Shown: positions 12,560-26,510, counted from the first letter of the stretch. The stretch is DNA of 64,000 nt from Eledone cirrhosa (GCA_964016885.1 OZ024745.1:14818001-14882000), one strand, 5' to 3'. Numbers and translations are program-made. Notes: generated from the letters alone by a model not told the origin.

Positions 12560-15500
12560 GGTGGTGTATTGTTTCTTCGTGTTAAATATCTGCCAGCGAT
12601 GTCTGCCATATAAACAGTTTGACATGCATTCAGTTCTGTGTGTACGTATTCGGCAGAAAAGATATTTCTGTGAATTATAAAGGGAAATGTAGTTTGTAAA
12701 GAAAGGAAATATATGATTAGGCAGGCGATGAATATATGACCATGAAACAATCATGTTAACATGAGAAAATGGACATAGATGTAATTATTTGGAATGTTAT
12801 TGTTATTTGTTATTAACTCAGCATATGACAGTTAAATAGAGTCGCATAATTAATATCGAAATAGATTTTCAACATTTCAAAATTTTGCTAAGAGGAGAAA
12901 GATTTGTAACTTTATATTTGGAAAATAGCCCAGATAATCGTTAAAACAAAAATACATACTTTGGCTCATAAAAACCAAAGCTATGTTTCAATGAAACAAT
13001 TCAGAAAACATTAGAAAAGCCGCGTTGGAATAACTGTCATTCATGTTCGCTATAGAGCGATATATACAATCGCAGATTGATAATAGCTAACGAGCTCTTC
13101 ATCTATGAAAAATAAACAACTAAAAATAAAGAAAACAAAACAAAACAAAGGATTGTTTCAGGTGCCACGTAGATCTTATACTAAATTAATAAAATAGGAA
13201 TTTGGCTAAAAAGAGGCAAAGGAAATTGAATAGAAAATCCACGTGATAAAACCAATAGCAGGAGAATAAAACCAATAACAGGAGAATAAAGCCATCAAGA
13301 GGTATGCACAAAATGATAAGCATTCTCTTGTTGGATCCCTAACCCTGTTAGCATCTGGTGTGCAGAGTTTTTAATTTGAATCCCTTGCATCTGGGAGTTG
13401 GTTGTAAGGAAACCAATGTAATTGGTCATGCTGCTTCTCTTTCTTCACTCTCCGTTATAAGTGTAACTTTCCTATATTAATTCTGTTCAGCACATCGATG
13501 ACGTTTAGTATATGCTATCATTCATATTTATGGGGACTTTCTTAGGTATAGAGCATTGTATCTACTTATGTCCTTCCTCGAGTCGTGAATGCTGAATAAT
13601 TATATTTAGAAGAGAGTCTCAAGATAGTCAAGCTATGCAAGAAATGGCAATCAAAAGGTCTGAAATCCAGGAGGGAAACATTATAAAATGTCACCATAGA
13701 TACTCCTGATCCTAGGCTTACTCAATAAAAAATAAATTGTCTCTAAACAACAACATTTGAACGGAAGGCAGAAACAATCTACAATGAGGAAAAAATGAAA
13801 TAAAATTGTTAACCATGGTTTTATATACTCGTTTGCACATTTTCCGGCTACAAACATAGCTTTACAATCTCTTGATATGAATTATTACGAACTAAGTAGT
13901 TTTTAAAGACCAGTATGTTGGATTTAACTGAATCTTCACTAAATTATAAACTGCACATTTTATGTAAATCTCAGAAGTACTTCAACATGCTATTTAATTA
14001 CTCTTAGCTATCACGAAGAATGTTTTTGGAAATTGAATGTAAATATATGAATAAATGACTCAAACTGAGAATTATGTAAAATATATTTTACTGCACATAT
14101 ATGGAAAGAAAGAAAGCAATGAATAAAATCTCCTTCATCTGCTTTCCTTAATATACTGAAATATATGATTCGACAAGTAATAGACGCTGTATAGGACTAT
14201 CAGATTTGTGGGGGGTCTGTAACTATTTTTCCACAAGACTTCAAATATTAGTATTTTTTAAAATTTGAAATCCATGTAACTCTATTGAGGCAGGTTTCGT
14301 TTTTTAAACAATGTTTTAAGAATTTGCTGGAATAAGTTTTGTTGATTCCCTGGGACCAGAACAAAGCAACAATTATCTATCAGGAAAATTATTATATTTT
14401 GTTGTGGGGTAGTCCTGTAAAAAGCGCGTGGCCATGGCCTTCAGATGCCCACTAAAACTATGCACAGAATAAGGTTCTAGAGGGCTGACAGGAAACGGAT
14501 GAATGCCTGTTAGCAACGAGGAAGAGTATGAGGTAAGGCGATCTAAATACAATGTGATAAGTGAGATAAGTGAGTCAGTAAAGCATGAGTAGAAGTGACA
14601 CAAGATTTGCCACCTCAAACGAGTAAATGCCACATTATTAGCGATAGAATGAGCAAAGTGAAACAGCATGACTTTTGGCTCATGGCTGGAATGTTTTGAT
14701 GGGATACCTTCAACGAATAAATCCATTGGCCATTCTATGAAATCTCTTTTGACTGTTTATATAGCAACAGAAGCGCTTTAGGTGAAGGATCAATACTAAA
14801 TTGTTCGTCTCACCTAATATATGTAGAGATGTGGAAGTTTTGTAGTTTTTTTTTTATTGGAGACTGTGGGTAATTTGTGGTGCTGATTAGGAAAGCCAGT
14901 TTCGCCAAGATATATGATCGGTAATGAGGAAGAAGTAGCATTTAAGGTTATTGTATTGGCTGCACAAAATATATGACTTGAAACATATAACAATTTGAAA
15001 ATGTGAGAATACTGCAAACAATATACGAAATAGTTTTTTATTTTTTATAAAGTTTCTTCACCTCTGGTTCACACTATGATATCCTTTGTCATTCAAAGAA
15101 GTTCCATTCTGTAAATATAACATTATTTGCAATGGTAGGATAGGAAATTTTCCTTTTACTGAAATCACTTTAAATTTGATAGCCTTCACCACAGGATGCA
15201 AACACAATGGAATAGGATTCCAGGTTTGATTTGTATATTAAATGGATATTTATGGAAACGAACGACTAGAACCCAATGGAGTGTGAAATTAAATTCCTCA
15301 AATCTTATAGCTATTTTAGCATAGTAAATATTATTGAATATACATATCGCACCATATATAACTCATTTATAGTGGACAGTTTGTCACGATAATGTAGGAA
15401 ATCTAAGAGTTAAACAGAAGTGGAATTTGCAAATTATATTTATATACAAAATGTAATAGGAGTAAGTGTTTATATCGCACTGCCATTGTGGTTATACTTA

Positions 15501-15959
15501 GCCACAAAAATATTGGGTTCTTTGGTCTAGGCAAAAATACTTTATATATTGTGAAATGGAAGATCGTGATGTTCATAAAAAAATGGAAGTACGCTTTCTG
15601 AATAAATATTTGAAGCTGAATATTTAAGATCTGTTTACTTACACTTTGATGTTAACACTTCATCATATAACGCTGATAACACCGTGTAAGATATTATTAT
15701 TCCCCGGTTCTAAGTATTATTTACTGGTTTTGTATATCCCATTATTATAAAGAAACGCTATTATTTAATCAGAAGTTTGGGTTTGTGGCCAGGAGTTTGA
15801 TATTTCAAAATGTTCATATTTTTCAAGAAAAAACATATTTTTTTTTAATTTATCAGTTCATATAATTAAATCAACAGAGTATATATTTATTTTATTACAC
15901 AAGCTTATCAAAAGCAAACAAGTAAAAACAAATAACACTTACAAAGCAACTTATACACG

Positions 15960-16270
15960 TCAGAAATGACTGGATTTCCTGGATTTGCGGTTGTAGTCCA
16001 GGTCGCATTCCCGCACTAGCCCCCAGATATAGTCCCCCATCATTTTTTCATTTTCTTTCACATCTTGGTGGAATCGTTTGCCTTGTACTTCTGAGTAGGC
16101 GCCCATATTGTCCTTGAATTTTTCCAGGTGAGCGTCTAGCATATGAAGTTTAAGCGACGCGACATCCTGCATCCCAGTTGCTGGTAGTTTTCAGCTCTGT
16201 AGTTGCCCAGGAAGCCCTTAAGAACTGCCTTGAAACAGTTCCATGCTGTTCTCTCACTTCTCTCGGATCG
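15960..16270 (-). pseudogene. DNA transposase C-terminal remnant, Chapaev3 (CMC superfamily)-like
   Basis: [29 protein letters not shown] then [41 protein letters not shown]; frameshifted; family assigned from recalled motifs. Confidence 0.7.
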
Positions 16271-16294
16271 GTTATATATATGTATGTATATATG

Positions 16295-16377
<83 letters not shown>

Positions 16378-16454
16378 ATAGGAAAAGTAAAAAACAAAAA
16401 CAAGGGGTGCAGTTACGAACAGTGCTGGTATTAGATTCACGCTTGGGAACAAAG

Positions 16455-16560
16455 AAAGTGTGGTGAAAAACCAGGTGGACCATGCCGCACCAGAGCACTC
16501 GATACTGTTCGGATCTAGCTGTCGAAACGGCCGGAGCTCAGCCGTTGGGGTCCTGACTCT

Positions 16561-16565
<5 letters not shown>
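16455..16565. repeat. Short dispersed (TA)n-embedded repeat family copy
   Basis: GTGTGGTGAAAAACCAGGTGGACC...GTCGAAACGGCCGGAGCTCAGCCG. Confidence 0.7.
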
Positions 16566-16597
<32 letters not shown>

Positions 16598-16766
16598 TAA
16601 AGAATTTCCGGTATTTTCTGCATATGTATGTATGTCTAATAACATCTGTATTCCTTATAAACGTGTACGTACATCAATATGTACACTTCTGTGTACGTGT
16701 GCATATGTATCTATATGAGTGTGTGTGTTTATGTACGCATGCGTACAAACATACTCTCTCTCTCTC

Positions 16767-16893
<127 letters not shown>

Positions 16894-17029
16894 ATAATAA
16901 GTTGACGGAACTAGCATGGGTTTCACTGCTAGGACCGGTTGAATTTCAGCGTACTCAATAGGTAATGTTAAGTAATGTTAAATAGTACTCAATAGGTAAT
17001 GTTAAGTAAATTCCCAGAGCAGACACGTA

Positions 17030-17418
17030 GTTATTCGCTTCAATACAACACACGTAAATGAGTACCTTCAATGTTTACCCGTACTCGAGGTTCGGCCACC
17101 CTTAATGCAGTATTAGAGTACACATTATCTACTGTCTGCATTTATTATGCAACAATGCGCAATCGGCGCATGTGGCTTCGCAAGCGGGTTTCGCTGAACA
17201 CAGCATATTTCTTCCAGAAAAGGACTGAGAGTGAGAGAGAGGAAGTGAGAAAGAGATATAGAGGAAGAATCGACCCAGTACTGGACTGTTAAGATTTTTA
17301 TAGACCTCGAGTGGGTGAAAGGCAAAGTTGATCTTGGCGGGATTTGAACAGAGAGAGTAGAGAGCTGGAACGAATAACACAGAACATTAGATCCAACGAC
17401 TCAATCATATCACCGCCT
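17030..17418 (-). mobile_element. tRNA-derived SINE (diverged)
   Basis: Reverse complement has B-box GTTCAAATCC followed by AACTTTGCCTTTCA, as in the copies at 53009 and 55949. Confidence 0.65.
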
Positions 17419-17594
17419 AGTTGTATAGATACTTATGTGTAGATATAGGAATCCAATTTCAATATATACTATATAACTTAGATTTACTTTATACATACAT
17501 TTAGCATGTTTTCCTTACTAATCTCATATCATTTTCAATTGTAAACTTAATTTAATTTTACAATTAAAGAGGCAGACCACCTACCATTACCTCA

Positions 17595-19028
17595 ATGGCC
17601 AAGAAAACCCACACAGATAGATGGAACGGGTGGACCAGAGCCATACGGACACCCGAAAACCACGATGAACTGAAGAAAATGATTGCACATGCGGTAGGGG
17701 CCAGCATAAAATTAACCCTTAAGGAACATATGTTCAAATTTAATGGAAAAACATATGCCCAAGAGGAAGGAGCAGCCATTGGTGTTAGCATTGCAGGCGA
17801 CATAGCTAACTTATTCATGGTATGGTGGGACAGTAGACTTAAACTTAAACTTAAAGAACAATTAGAAGACAGCTTAACCCTGATAATGTACTCCCGCTAC
17901 GTAGATGATATAAACATCGTAGTTAAGACACCCCCACTAGAGAACAGTCAGGAACTAGAGAAAAACACAATGGAAAGCATCCAGCAAATAGCAAACTCCA
18001 TCCACCAGAGCATTAGAGTTACTATAGACTACCCAAGTAGACACCCCAACCATCGATTACCTGTACTAGACACAGAGCTCTGGTTAGATACCATTAACAA
18101 CCAAAAACAAATCCTCCATTCCCATTATGCCAAATCCATGACTTCCAAACATCTGATCCACCGAAACTCGGCCATTTCGGACCATACCAAAATCAACATA
18201 CTGATTGCGGATTTGGTACGGGTGATGAGAAATGTGTCGCGCATGTGCAACCCCGAAGAACTAGAGAGACACATACAACACTTCATCCACCGTATGCAGT
18301 TCTCTGGCTACAATCAGAGAGATAGAATCAGAGTGTATAGAGGAGCCAGAACCAAATGGGAAAAAATGGTAAATAATGACATAAATGGGACCTGCCCCTT
18401 GTATAGGAGCACATTTTGGAATAGAATAGAAAGAACTAGGAACAAGGCCAATAGAATAAACTCATGGTATGATAGCAATAAATACCAGAGTGTAATGTTC
18501 ATCAATACAACCCCTAGAGGCGAACTAGCCTACAAATTTAGAAGGGCCCTAAATAAACATAAACTCAATATTAAGATAGTAGAAAGACCAGGTACCTCCG
18601 TAAAAACACTTATTAGCAAGACATACCCGTTCCAAAGACCCTCATGTATAGATAAGAAATGTATAACCTGTAAAATAAGCCCCCATATTAACTGTAAAAC
18701 TAGAAATGTAGTGTATAGCATAAGATGTACTGAAGGACAATGTAGAAACAAAAATATAGTGTACATAGGTGAGACAGCTCGTAGTATAGGGGAACGGATA
18801 AATGAACACTGGCGAGACCTTCAAGATAATAAAGAATCATCTGTACTCTACCAACATGCTAAGATAGAACATAAGGGTAAATTAGAGAACATAGAAATAA
18901 AAATAGAATCCACACACAGAAAAGATGCAATGTTTAGGCAAATTACAGAGGCAGTAAGCATAAAAGAATTACAACCAAAATTAAATAGAAAATATGAGTG
19001 GAACAGCAACATCACAACTTACAATTAA
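17595..19028 (+). CDS. PLE reverse transcriptase (C-terminal part) plus GIY-YIG endonuclease
   Basis: QEEGAAIGVSIAGDIANLFMVWWD, YSRYVDD, CxxxxCxxC linker, NVVYSIRC...YIGETARSIGERINEH, RQITEAV..PKLN. Confidence 0.9.
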   Translation: MAKKTHTDRWNGWTRAIRTPENHDELKKMIAHAVGASIKLTLKEHMFKFNGKTYAQEEGAAIGVSIAGDIANLFMVWWDSRLKLKLKEQLEDSLTLIMYSRYVDDINIVVKTPPLENSQELEKNTMESIQQIANSIHQSIRVTIDYPSRHPNHRLPVLDTELWLDTINNQKQILHSHYAKSMTSKHLIHRNSAISDHTKINILIADLVRVMRNVSRMCNPEELERHIQHFIHRMQFSGYNQRDRIRVYRGARTKWEKMVNNDINGTCPLYRSTFWNRIERTRNKANRINSWYDSNKYQSVMFINTTPRGELAYKFRRALNKHKLNIKIVERPGTSVKTLISKTYPFQRPSCIDKKCITCKISPHINCKTRNVVYSIRCTEGQCRNKNIVYIGETARSIGERINEHWRDLQDNKESSVLYQHAKIEHKGKLENIEIKIESTHRKDAMFRQITEAVSIKELQPKLNRKYEWNSNITTYN

Positions 19029-19221
19029 GGACAAAATGAAAAAACACACACACATAGAACAAACAACCAACAAATAAATAAACAAATAGATAAATGAACA
19101 CAAACACACACAGACACCCGGATGTGGCGCATGCGCAAACTGAGCACACAACACACACACAGAAACAAAATGGCGTAGGACAGAAGAAAGGAAAGGCACA
19201 GAAACAAAGAAAGGAATCCCC

Positions 19222-19266
19222 AGTCACTGAAGAGGTCACAGAGTATGTGACGAAAGGACTATGACT
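19222..19266 (+). ncRNA. Hammerhead ribozyme in PLE 3' UTR
   Basis: AGTCA-CTGAAGA-G-GTCACA-GAGTA-TGTGAC-GAAA-GGAC-TA-TGACT; CUA triplet. Confidence 0.85.
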
Positions 19267-19527
19267 ATATATAAACAACTATCTGGTTGTGGAACCAACG
19301 AACCAACCAGAAATTTATAAGTTTGTAGATTTGTAAATTTATAAATTTATAAATATATAATAAATTGAAGTGAAAGCTACTGGTGCGTGTGTTTCTTATT
19401 GGCAACATGACCCTCCCAAAGTATAACAATATATATATATATATGTATATGTGTGTACGTATATGTATGTGTGTATGTATGTCTGTATGTGTGTATGTAT
19501 GTATGTGTGTATATGTATGTGTATATA

Positions 19528-19617
<90 letters not shown>

Positions 19618-19697
19618 GTATATATATACATATATAATGGTAGAACACTGGAAGGTAATTCCCGTAGTGGTAGAGCACTCAGTCCATGGGACGATTA

Positions 19698-19735
19698 CGA
19701 GCTGAGGATCCGCTAAGGTGAAACAATTGTTCTCG
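19698..19735 (+). ncRNA. Hammerhead ribozyme in an isolated ~130-bp cassette between (TA)n tracts
   Basis: CGAG-CTGAGGA-T-CC-GCTAA-GG-T-GAAA-CAATTG-TT-CTCG; palindromic ACAATTGT stem III. Confidence 0.75.
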
Positions 19736-19767
19736 GTATGGTGACCTAACTCTTGTGTAACCACTTC

Positions 19768-19841
<74 letters not shown>

Positions 19842-19903
19842 TGTGTGTGTGTGCATGTGTATGTAAACAAATGTATATGTATATATGGTGGTATGTATAT
19901 ATG

Positions 19904-20243
19904 TGTAGTGACTGAATTGGTCGCTTAGCAACCAGCAGTTGCCTACCCTTAATAACTCTTCATAGAGCGGAGGCAAGAGACCATCTCAGTAACTGACGCG
20001 GGTTTGAACACCACGTGAAAGGATTCGTTCCTTATAAATATTGACCATGCTGGCTTCGTAAAAAAGCACATGTGTGAAAATGCCCTCCTTCCTATAACAT
20101 TTAATTGTTATAATTGCAGTCCTTTCTTCGGAACATTAAACATTCCAGGTATAACCAAAGCATTTATTCTTATTCTTATTGTTGTTTCATCTAATAACCG
20201 TGTTAATCCATATGACAATTTCCTATAACATTTAATTGTTATA
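19904..20243 (+). repeat. 5' LTR
   Basis: Starts TGTAGTGAC; near-identical to 24846-25174. Confidence 0.93.
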
Positions 20244-20245
20244 AT

Positions 20246-20263
20246 TGGTGACCCCGACGTGAT
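20246..20263 (+). promoter_or_regulatory. Primer binding site complementary to the tRNA-Trp 3' end
   Basis: TGGTGACCCCGACGTGAT, the canonical tRNA-Trp PBS, immediately after the 5' LTR. Confidence 0.92.
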
Positions 20264-20511
20264 CAACTTGCCTTGCAAGAATAGTTTTCCCGCGTACAGC
20301 TTGTCTTCTGAAATCCCAGCCATCTGATTGGCTGCATCGTGCCACGTGACGGCGTCTTCACCAAAGCATTTCTTTTCTCAACCGGCCATCTTGGATTCTT
20401 CTACTGATTTCGATTGAATTCGCGTGAACGGATTTCGGAGTTCCAGTGTGGCCTTTTGGTCGAGTGGCTGCTTCAGAGACATAGTTCGTCCTGGGAGATT
20501 CTTCGGCAATC

Positions 20512-21004
20512 ATGAATCAACATTATTTGCCGTCCTTCGCAGGCGACATCAAGTTATGGTTTTTGCAGCTGGAATTTTTTTTTATTTAACCAAAACCAAA
20601 GAACAGCATAAACTGAAGGTACTAGTTGCTGGCTTGCCTGTGTCGCTGGCATATTCCGTGAAAGATGTGCTAACCAATTTATCCGCAGACGTTACTTATT
20701 GCTCGTTGAAAGGGGAAATTATTCGGAGGAATACCAAGTCAGCGGAAAGTCGTTTTCGGGAATTGTTAGATGATGCGCATATGGGTGACAGGACGCCAAG
20801 CTCCTATTTGCGACATCTGCGGGAGTTGAGCGACTCCCAGGGGATGGACACCCCATTCCTCAAACAACTATTTTTCTCTCGTTTACCGCCAAGTGCGCAA
20901 ATGGTCTTGGTCAATAATTTGGAGAGGGATCGTTAGATAAACTTGCCGCATCCGCAGATAGAATACTAGAGGTAGACTCTAGCAGCAGTCGGCATAATCC
21001 TTGT
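20512..21004 (+). pseudogene. gag: Gag N-terminal part with two frameshifts
   Basis: MNQHYLPSFAGDIKLWFLQLEF shifts in a T-run (~20580) into ..MGDRTPSSYLRHLR..LFFSRLP, then shifts again (~20925) into [14 protein letters not shown], which is in frame with pol. Confidence 0.75.
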
Positions 21005-24000
21005 GTGGCTTCTTCTTCTGTTCCCCCACGCAATTCTTCTGTAGCCGACAGCAAACTGTTGGAGATGATCGAAGCGCTTACCCAAAAAGTGGAGGATTTG
21101 ACCGTACAACATAGAGAGCATTCTCAACGTTTAAGGTACCATTCGCCTCCGTCTTCTATTCCTCGAAACCGCTACGAGTACCGTTCGCCACCGTCTTCTG
21201 TTCCTCGCCAACACTTCACTTCAGGCAGCAGTAATTCTTCGATTTGTTGGTATCATGTTAACTTTGGCAGTCGGGCGCAACGCTGTCGGGCGCCTTGCAA
21301 CTATAGGAGTTCGGAAAAACGCCAATCAGAGCCACTAGGGGCGGCTAGTAAACTCTGGGAAACTCGACCAAACCGTCATCTTTTTGTGTACGATCTGCAG
21401 TCAAAAAAATTTTTTCTTGTCGACACTGGCGCGTCACTAAGTATTTGGCCAGTCAGTTATCTTAAAAAAACCCCATTTGAATCAAATATCACTTTACGAG
21501 CAATCAACAACACGGCCATTCGAACATACGGTCAAATTTCGCTTCCTCTTCGGTTTAAAAATTTGCGTCGTGAATTGAAGTGGAAGTTTACTATCGCCGA
21601 CTTGCCATACGCCATTTTGGGAGCGGATTTCCTCCACCATTTTTCCTTGTCGATTGACATCCGCGGACAACGACTTTTTGATGCTAATACAGGCTTATCG
21701 GTCGAGGGTTCAAAGCCGGAGATCGCCACAGTAAGCCCTGCTTTTTTCTTGGCTGAAGTGGGCAACCAGTATCACAGTTTGTTAAAATCATTCCCACAGC
21801 TGACGCAAGGAAGATTACGAATTGCTAGTCCGGATCATGTGATTGAACACTTTATATCCAGTACAGGTCCACCTGTTTTCTCACGTCCTCGAAGATTATC
21901 TGCAGAGAAGTTGAAAGCTGCACGTCTTGAATTCGACCACATGCTGGAATTAGGAATAATTCGGCGTTCTACAAGTCCTTGGGCATCGCCTCTACATATG
22001 GTACTTAAATCTTCTGGTGATTGGAGACCGACGGGTGACTACCGACGCTTAAACGCGATTACTGTGCCTGACCGTTATCCAATCCCGCATTTGCAGGATT
22101 TTGCATCGTCATTGCAGGGTTGCAGAATCTTTTCTAAGCTTGATTTGATCCGCACTTATAATCAAATTCCGGTTAAAAAGGACGGATCATTCGAGTTCCT
22201 CACTATGCCTTTCGGACTTAGAAATGCTGCAAGTACTTTCCAACGATTCATGGATGATGTCACTCGTGGTCTCGATTTTGTTTACACGTATATCGATGAT
22301 GTACTGATTGCTAGTTCTTCTCCTGAACAACATTCCAAACATCTGGATATCTTATTTCGGCGTTTACAGAAATATAATGTTCATGTTAATGCCGCTAAGT
22401 GGGTTTTCGGCTCGACATCGCTAACATTTTTGGGCCATCTTATTGATGCCGATGGTATTCAGCCCCTTCCGGAAAAGGTTAAGGCAATTTTGGATTTGCC
22501 TCCGCCAAGTTCGCTTCGACAATTACGGCAATTCTTGGGCCTTGTGAATTTTTATAGGCGATTCGTGCCTAATTGTTCCAGCTTACTGTCCTCGTTGACA
22601 GAAATTTTTAAAAACTGTCGACGGAAGAATATGAACATTTCATTAAATGCAACGCACCTGGCGGATTTTGAGAAAGTGAAGAAAGCGTTAGCGACTGCAT
22701 CTTTGCTCGCCCACCCCATGCCCAACGCCGAGCTGTCGCTCTGTATTGATGCTTCGGATAGCGCCGTGGGCGCAGTCTTACAGCAGAAGTGTGAGGGGTT
22801 ACAGCAACCACTCGAGTTCTTTTCGAGAAAGTTAAAGCCTGCTGAAACTCGCTATAGCACCTTTGGAAGGGAGCTATTAGCAATTTATTTATCAGTGAAA
22901 CATTTTGCTCATGTTCTTGAAGGTAGAATATTCACTATTTTCACTGATCATAAACCTTTGAGGTTTGCTCTTCGAACTAAGGCAGACAAATACTCGCCCA
23001 GAGAAACGAGACATCTGGACTTCATCTCACAGTTCACGAACGACATTCAACATATTCCGGGTTCTTTGAATACAGCGGCCGATGCGCTCTCTCGCCTGCC
23101 GATCGCATCGATTTCGGCTTCCGAGGAGATAGATTTACATCGAATGGCAGCTGCTCAACCCACTCTCGAATCGTTGGATGTTACATCGCCAGAGTTTGTA
23201 CATTGCAAACTGAAATACATTCCGATCTCAACTGCTGACGGACAAATACTGTGTGATGTTTCGTTGGACTCACCACGACCTCTAGTCCCAGTGGAACATC
23301 GACGAACTGTGTTTCTCGCTTTACATGGCATTTCTCACCCAGGAGTATCAGCCTCAGTAAAACTCATAACAGCCAGATTTTTCTGGCCTGATATGAGACG
23401 TGACATTGCTGCTTGGTGCCGTTCCTGTGTCGCTTGCCAAAAGTCAAAAGTTCATAAGCACGTTAAAACTCCTCTCGGAACTTTCACCTGTCCTGATGCC
23501 AGATTTCGTCACATTCATGTGGACATCGTCGGCCCGTGGCCGATTAGTCGTGGTTATTCGTATATGTTGACGATCGTTGACCGTTTTTCGCGTTGGCCTG
23601 AAGCCATCCCTATGACAGATATCACTGCTGAAACGACAGCGCGTACTCTCGTATCTGCATGGATCGCTCGTTTTGGAGTACCAACCACAATAACAACAGA
23701 CCGCGGTCATCAATTTGAATCGAACCTGTTCCGTGAATTAACACAAATTATTGGCGCCACTCGCATAAGAACCACGGCATATCATCCAGCATCAAACAGA
23801 ATGGTGGAAAGATTCCACAGACAGCTCAAAGCCTCCTTAAGGGCTTCCATGGACTCTTCACGTTGGAGCGAGTACCTACCTATTGTGTTGCTGGGTATTC
23901 GGTCGACGGTAAAGGTGGACCTTGGGTTCTCCTCTGCCGAATTAGTTTATGGTACTCCTCTGGCGTTACCGGGGCAAATGCTGGCCCCTTTTGACCTGAC

Positions 24001-24415
24001 TGCGCAGGACCCCGCTTCCTACGTGTCCCGGCTTCACTCTTATTTCAAGGATCTACCACCGATGGGCACTAGGAAGCAGACTGTAAAAACTGCCGTCCCA
24101 AGGGTTATTGCCTTGTGGACACATGTGTTCGTTAGAGACGACGCCGTGAGACCCCCTCTTCAACGGTCGTACTCTGGACCCTATTGTGTGCTTGCTCGCA
24201 CAGATAAACATTTCACACTGGACATTCGGGGTTCCAGGGAAACGGTTTCCGTTGATCGTCTCAAGCGAGCAAACCTGGACAATGACACAATGACACTTGA
24301 AACTCAAATGCCCCCTTCTTTTTCTTTGCCACATACGCCTATTTCTTCTCCCCCCCCCACCATCAACATACAGAACTACGACCCGTTCTGGGCGAAGGGT
24401 GCATTGGCCCCGTAA
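21005..24415 (+). CDS. pol: Gag C-terminus/Pol polyprotein (protease, RT, RNase H, integrase)
   Basis: [55 protein letters not shown] zinc finger, DDE integrase. Confidence 0.93.
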   Translation: MASSSVPPRNSSVADSKLLEMIEALTQKVEDLTVQHREHSQRLRYHSPPSSIPRNRYEYRSPPSSVPRQHFTSGSSNSSICWYHVNFGSRAQRCRAPCNYRSSEKRQSEPLGAASKLWETRPNRHLFVYDLQSKKFFLVDTGASLSIWPVSYLKKTPFESNITLRAINNTAIRTYGQISLPLRFKNLRRELKWKFTIADLPYAILGADFLHHFSLSIDIRGQRLFDANTGLSVEGSKPEIATVSPAFFLAEVGNQYHSLLKSFPQLTQGRLRIASPDHVIEHFISSTGPPVFSRPRRLSAEKLKAARLEFDHMLELGIIRRSTSPWASPLHMVLKSSGDWRPTGDYRRLNAITVPDRYPIPHLQDFASSLQGCRIFSKLDLIRTYNQIPVKKDGSFEFLTMPFGLRNAASTFQRFMDDVTRGLDFVYTYIDDVLIASSSPEQHSKHLDILFRRLQKYNVHVNAAKWVFGSTSLTFLGHLIDADGIQPLPEKVKAILDLPPPSSLRQLRQFLGLVNFYRRFVPNCSSLLSSLTEIFKNCRRKNMNISLNATHLADFEKVKKALATASLLAHPMPNAELSLCIDASDSAVGAVLQQKCEGLQQPLEFFSRKLKPAETRYSTFGRELLAIYLSVKHFAHVLEGRIFTIFTDHKPLRFALRTKADKYSPRETRHLDFISQFTNDIQHIPGSLNTAADALSRLPIASISASEEIDLHRMAAAQPTLESLDVTSPEFVHCKLKYIPISTADGQILCDVSLDSPRPLVPVEHRRTVFLALHGISHPGVSASVKLITARFFWPDMRRDIAAWCRSCVACQKSKVHKHVKTPLGTFTCPDARFRHIHVDIVGPWPISRGYSYMLTIVDRFSRWPEAIPMTDITAETTARTLVSAWIARFGVPTTITTDRGHQFESNLFRELTQIIGATRIRTTAYHPASNRMVERFHRQLKASLRASMDSSRWSEYLPIVLLGIRSTVKVDLGFSSAELVYGTPLALPGQMLAPFDLTAQDPASYVSRLHSYFKDLPPMGTRKQTVKTAVPRVIALWTHVFVRDDAVRPPLQRSYSGPYCVLARTDKHFTLDIRGSRETVSVDRLKRANLDNDTMTLETQMPPSFSLPHTPISSPPPTINIQNYDPFWAKGALAP

Positions 24416-24845
24416 GCTATGCAGTAATATAAACTGAATTGTATTCTTTTCTTCTTCCAATCGTTTTTGCTGTATATTTCATTGTGTCGCTTTTTGATTC
24501 TTGACTGCCTACGGCAGTATCAATATATGTTATTTTTCGTAACATTACGACTGTTGTTAATTCTGACACAGTCCATTTTTTTAGTGCATTTTTATAGCTA
24601 TGCTACATATGGTATTTTCATTGCCTAGAAAGAATTTTTTTTTTGTTTATCGCATTTGGAGCCCCTTTATTGCGAAGAGTGTTATCTTTTCATGCATTTT
24701 GCATCTTTTGCTGTACATTTTTTTTCTGTGTTGATGCTTGCAGACATGAACCTATTTCTAATGCTTCTACATTTTGTAAACTACCTTGTGGGTTCTTCGC
24801 TTCATCGTTAACGATTTTTCAACAAAAAATCTGCTCCGAGGTGAA

Positions 24846-25174
24846 TGTAGTGACTGAGTTGGTCGCTTAGCAACCAGCAGTTGCCTCCCCTTCAGAGAGC
24901 GGAGGCAAGAGACCATCTCAGTAACTGACGCGGGTTTGAACACCACGTGAAAGGATTCGCTCCTTATAAATATTGACCATGCTGGCTTCGTAAAAAACAC
25001 ATGTGTGAAAATGCCCTCCTTCCTATAACATTTAATTGTTATAATTGCAGTCCTTTCTTCGGAACATTAAACATTCCAGGTATAACCAAAGCATTTATTC
25101 TTATTGTTATTGTTGTTTCATCTAATAACCGTGTTAATCCATATGACAATTTCCTATAACATTTAATTGTTAAC
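24846..25174 (+). repeat. 3' LTR
   Basis: Direct repeat of 19904-20243 with a few substitutions and two indels. Confidence 0.93.
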
Positions 25175-25238
25175 TATGTATATGTGAATATATATGCGTG
25201 TATGTGTATGCGTGCGTGTATATGTGTGTATATGTATG

Positions 25239-25326
<88 letters not shown>

Positions 25327-25339
25327 ATATATATATATA

Positions 25340-25406
<67 letters not shown>

Positions 25407-26404
25407 CAGCGAGAATCGTATTTCGGTTGGTAGAAAAAGCGAAACGAAACGCAAAATCGTAGAAATGCTGGCAAGCGGTCAATATGTTAAAACGCCATAC
25501 AAACTGAAAAAGTGGTTAAGAAGGCATTAACCACCTAAGCCAAAAAACAAATCAAGCTAAACAGGTCAAACAAAATAAATGATAAAAATCTGGACACAAA
25601 TGGAATTGGTGGTAAAATCCAAATGCAGGGTTTCTATGACACCATATCAATAATACTGTCTGCTTAAAACTATAAGCTTTCAGCATAAAGATCGAACAAG
25701 GAATATCACGTTATCAACATGTAATTTTGCTCTGTAACCAACTTTGCGAGTGACGCAGAGCTTAGTAAACGCACATGCGTAAGTCACGAGGGAAATTCCC
25801 CATATTTTGGCAAATGAATCCGGTATGTGTATATCATACAAAAAATTGCATAGATAGCACAAATCGATTAAGCACTCAACCGTGTAGTTTTTAAAATAAA
25901 CTTATGCAATTAATCTGTCAATAGAATTATTAACAGGTTAATTGTATATATATATATATATCTATGTATATTTGCGTGTGCGTATGCATATGTATGCGTA
26001 TGTATGCGTCGGCGCATACTTATGCACTGGCCTAAATCTTAACTATTATTTACTTTTACTATTTCAATAACCTCTCCCATTTTCATTCAACAACTTTATT
26101 TACATTATTCTTAAACTCCGAAGCCGACAATCATCCGATTATTCTGAATAGTATTTGTCTAATGACTCCGTTTTTACCATAAACGTGTATTTGTTCTCAT
26201 CGCTCCACATAACGAAGTAATTATCCTCATTGTTTTCCGTTCATTGCCAGGGAACGTCTTCACGAACCAAAGTATCGTCTTCCTGTTTTCCTTCGGTTGC
26301 AACGAAATATTTACTTCTGCGTTAACACGTTGATTTTTTTAGTTTCAGAAGTTCCCGTTCAGGGTGAAAGCAGCGATTCCTTGCTGAAACTTAAATCTGT
26401 TCTT

Positions 26405-26425
26405 ATAATATATATATATATATAA

Positions 26426-26459
<34 letters not shown>

Positions 26460-26478
26460 TGTGCATGTCTGTTTTTTA

Positions 26479-26510
<32 letters not shown>

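Larger units (their letters stand above)
17566..19429 (+). mobile_element. 5'-truncated Penelope-like element (Naiad-like RT motifs, inferred)
   Basis: RT plus GIY-YIG ORF followed by a 3' UTR/pLTR with an HHR; ends in (TA)n. Confidence 0.9.
19904..25174 (+). mobile_element. Full-length Ty3/Gypsy LTR retrotransposon, CsRn1/Boudicca-like clade
   Basis: Two LTRs, tRNA-Trp PBS, CHCC Gag motif, PR-RT-RH-IN order, probable TATG target-site duplication. Confidence 0.95.

Noticed and set aside
14373-14726. 117-aa ORF, possibly a decayed LINE 3' end
   Set aside because: Too degenerate to assign from sequence alone
17595-19028. Selenocysteine recoding as reported for some Naiad PLEs
   Set aside because: No in-frame TGA in this ORF or its paralog at 59427, and no SECIS recognised
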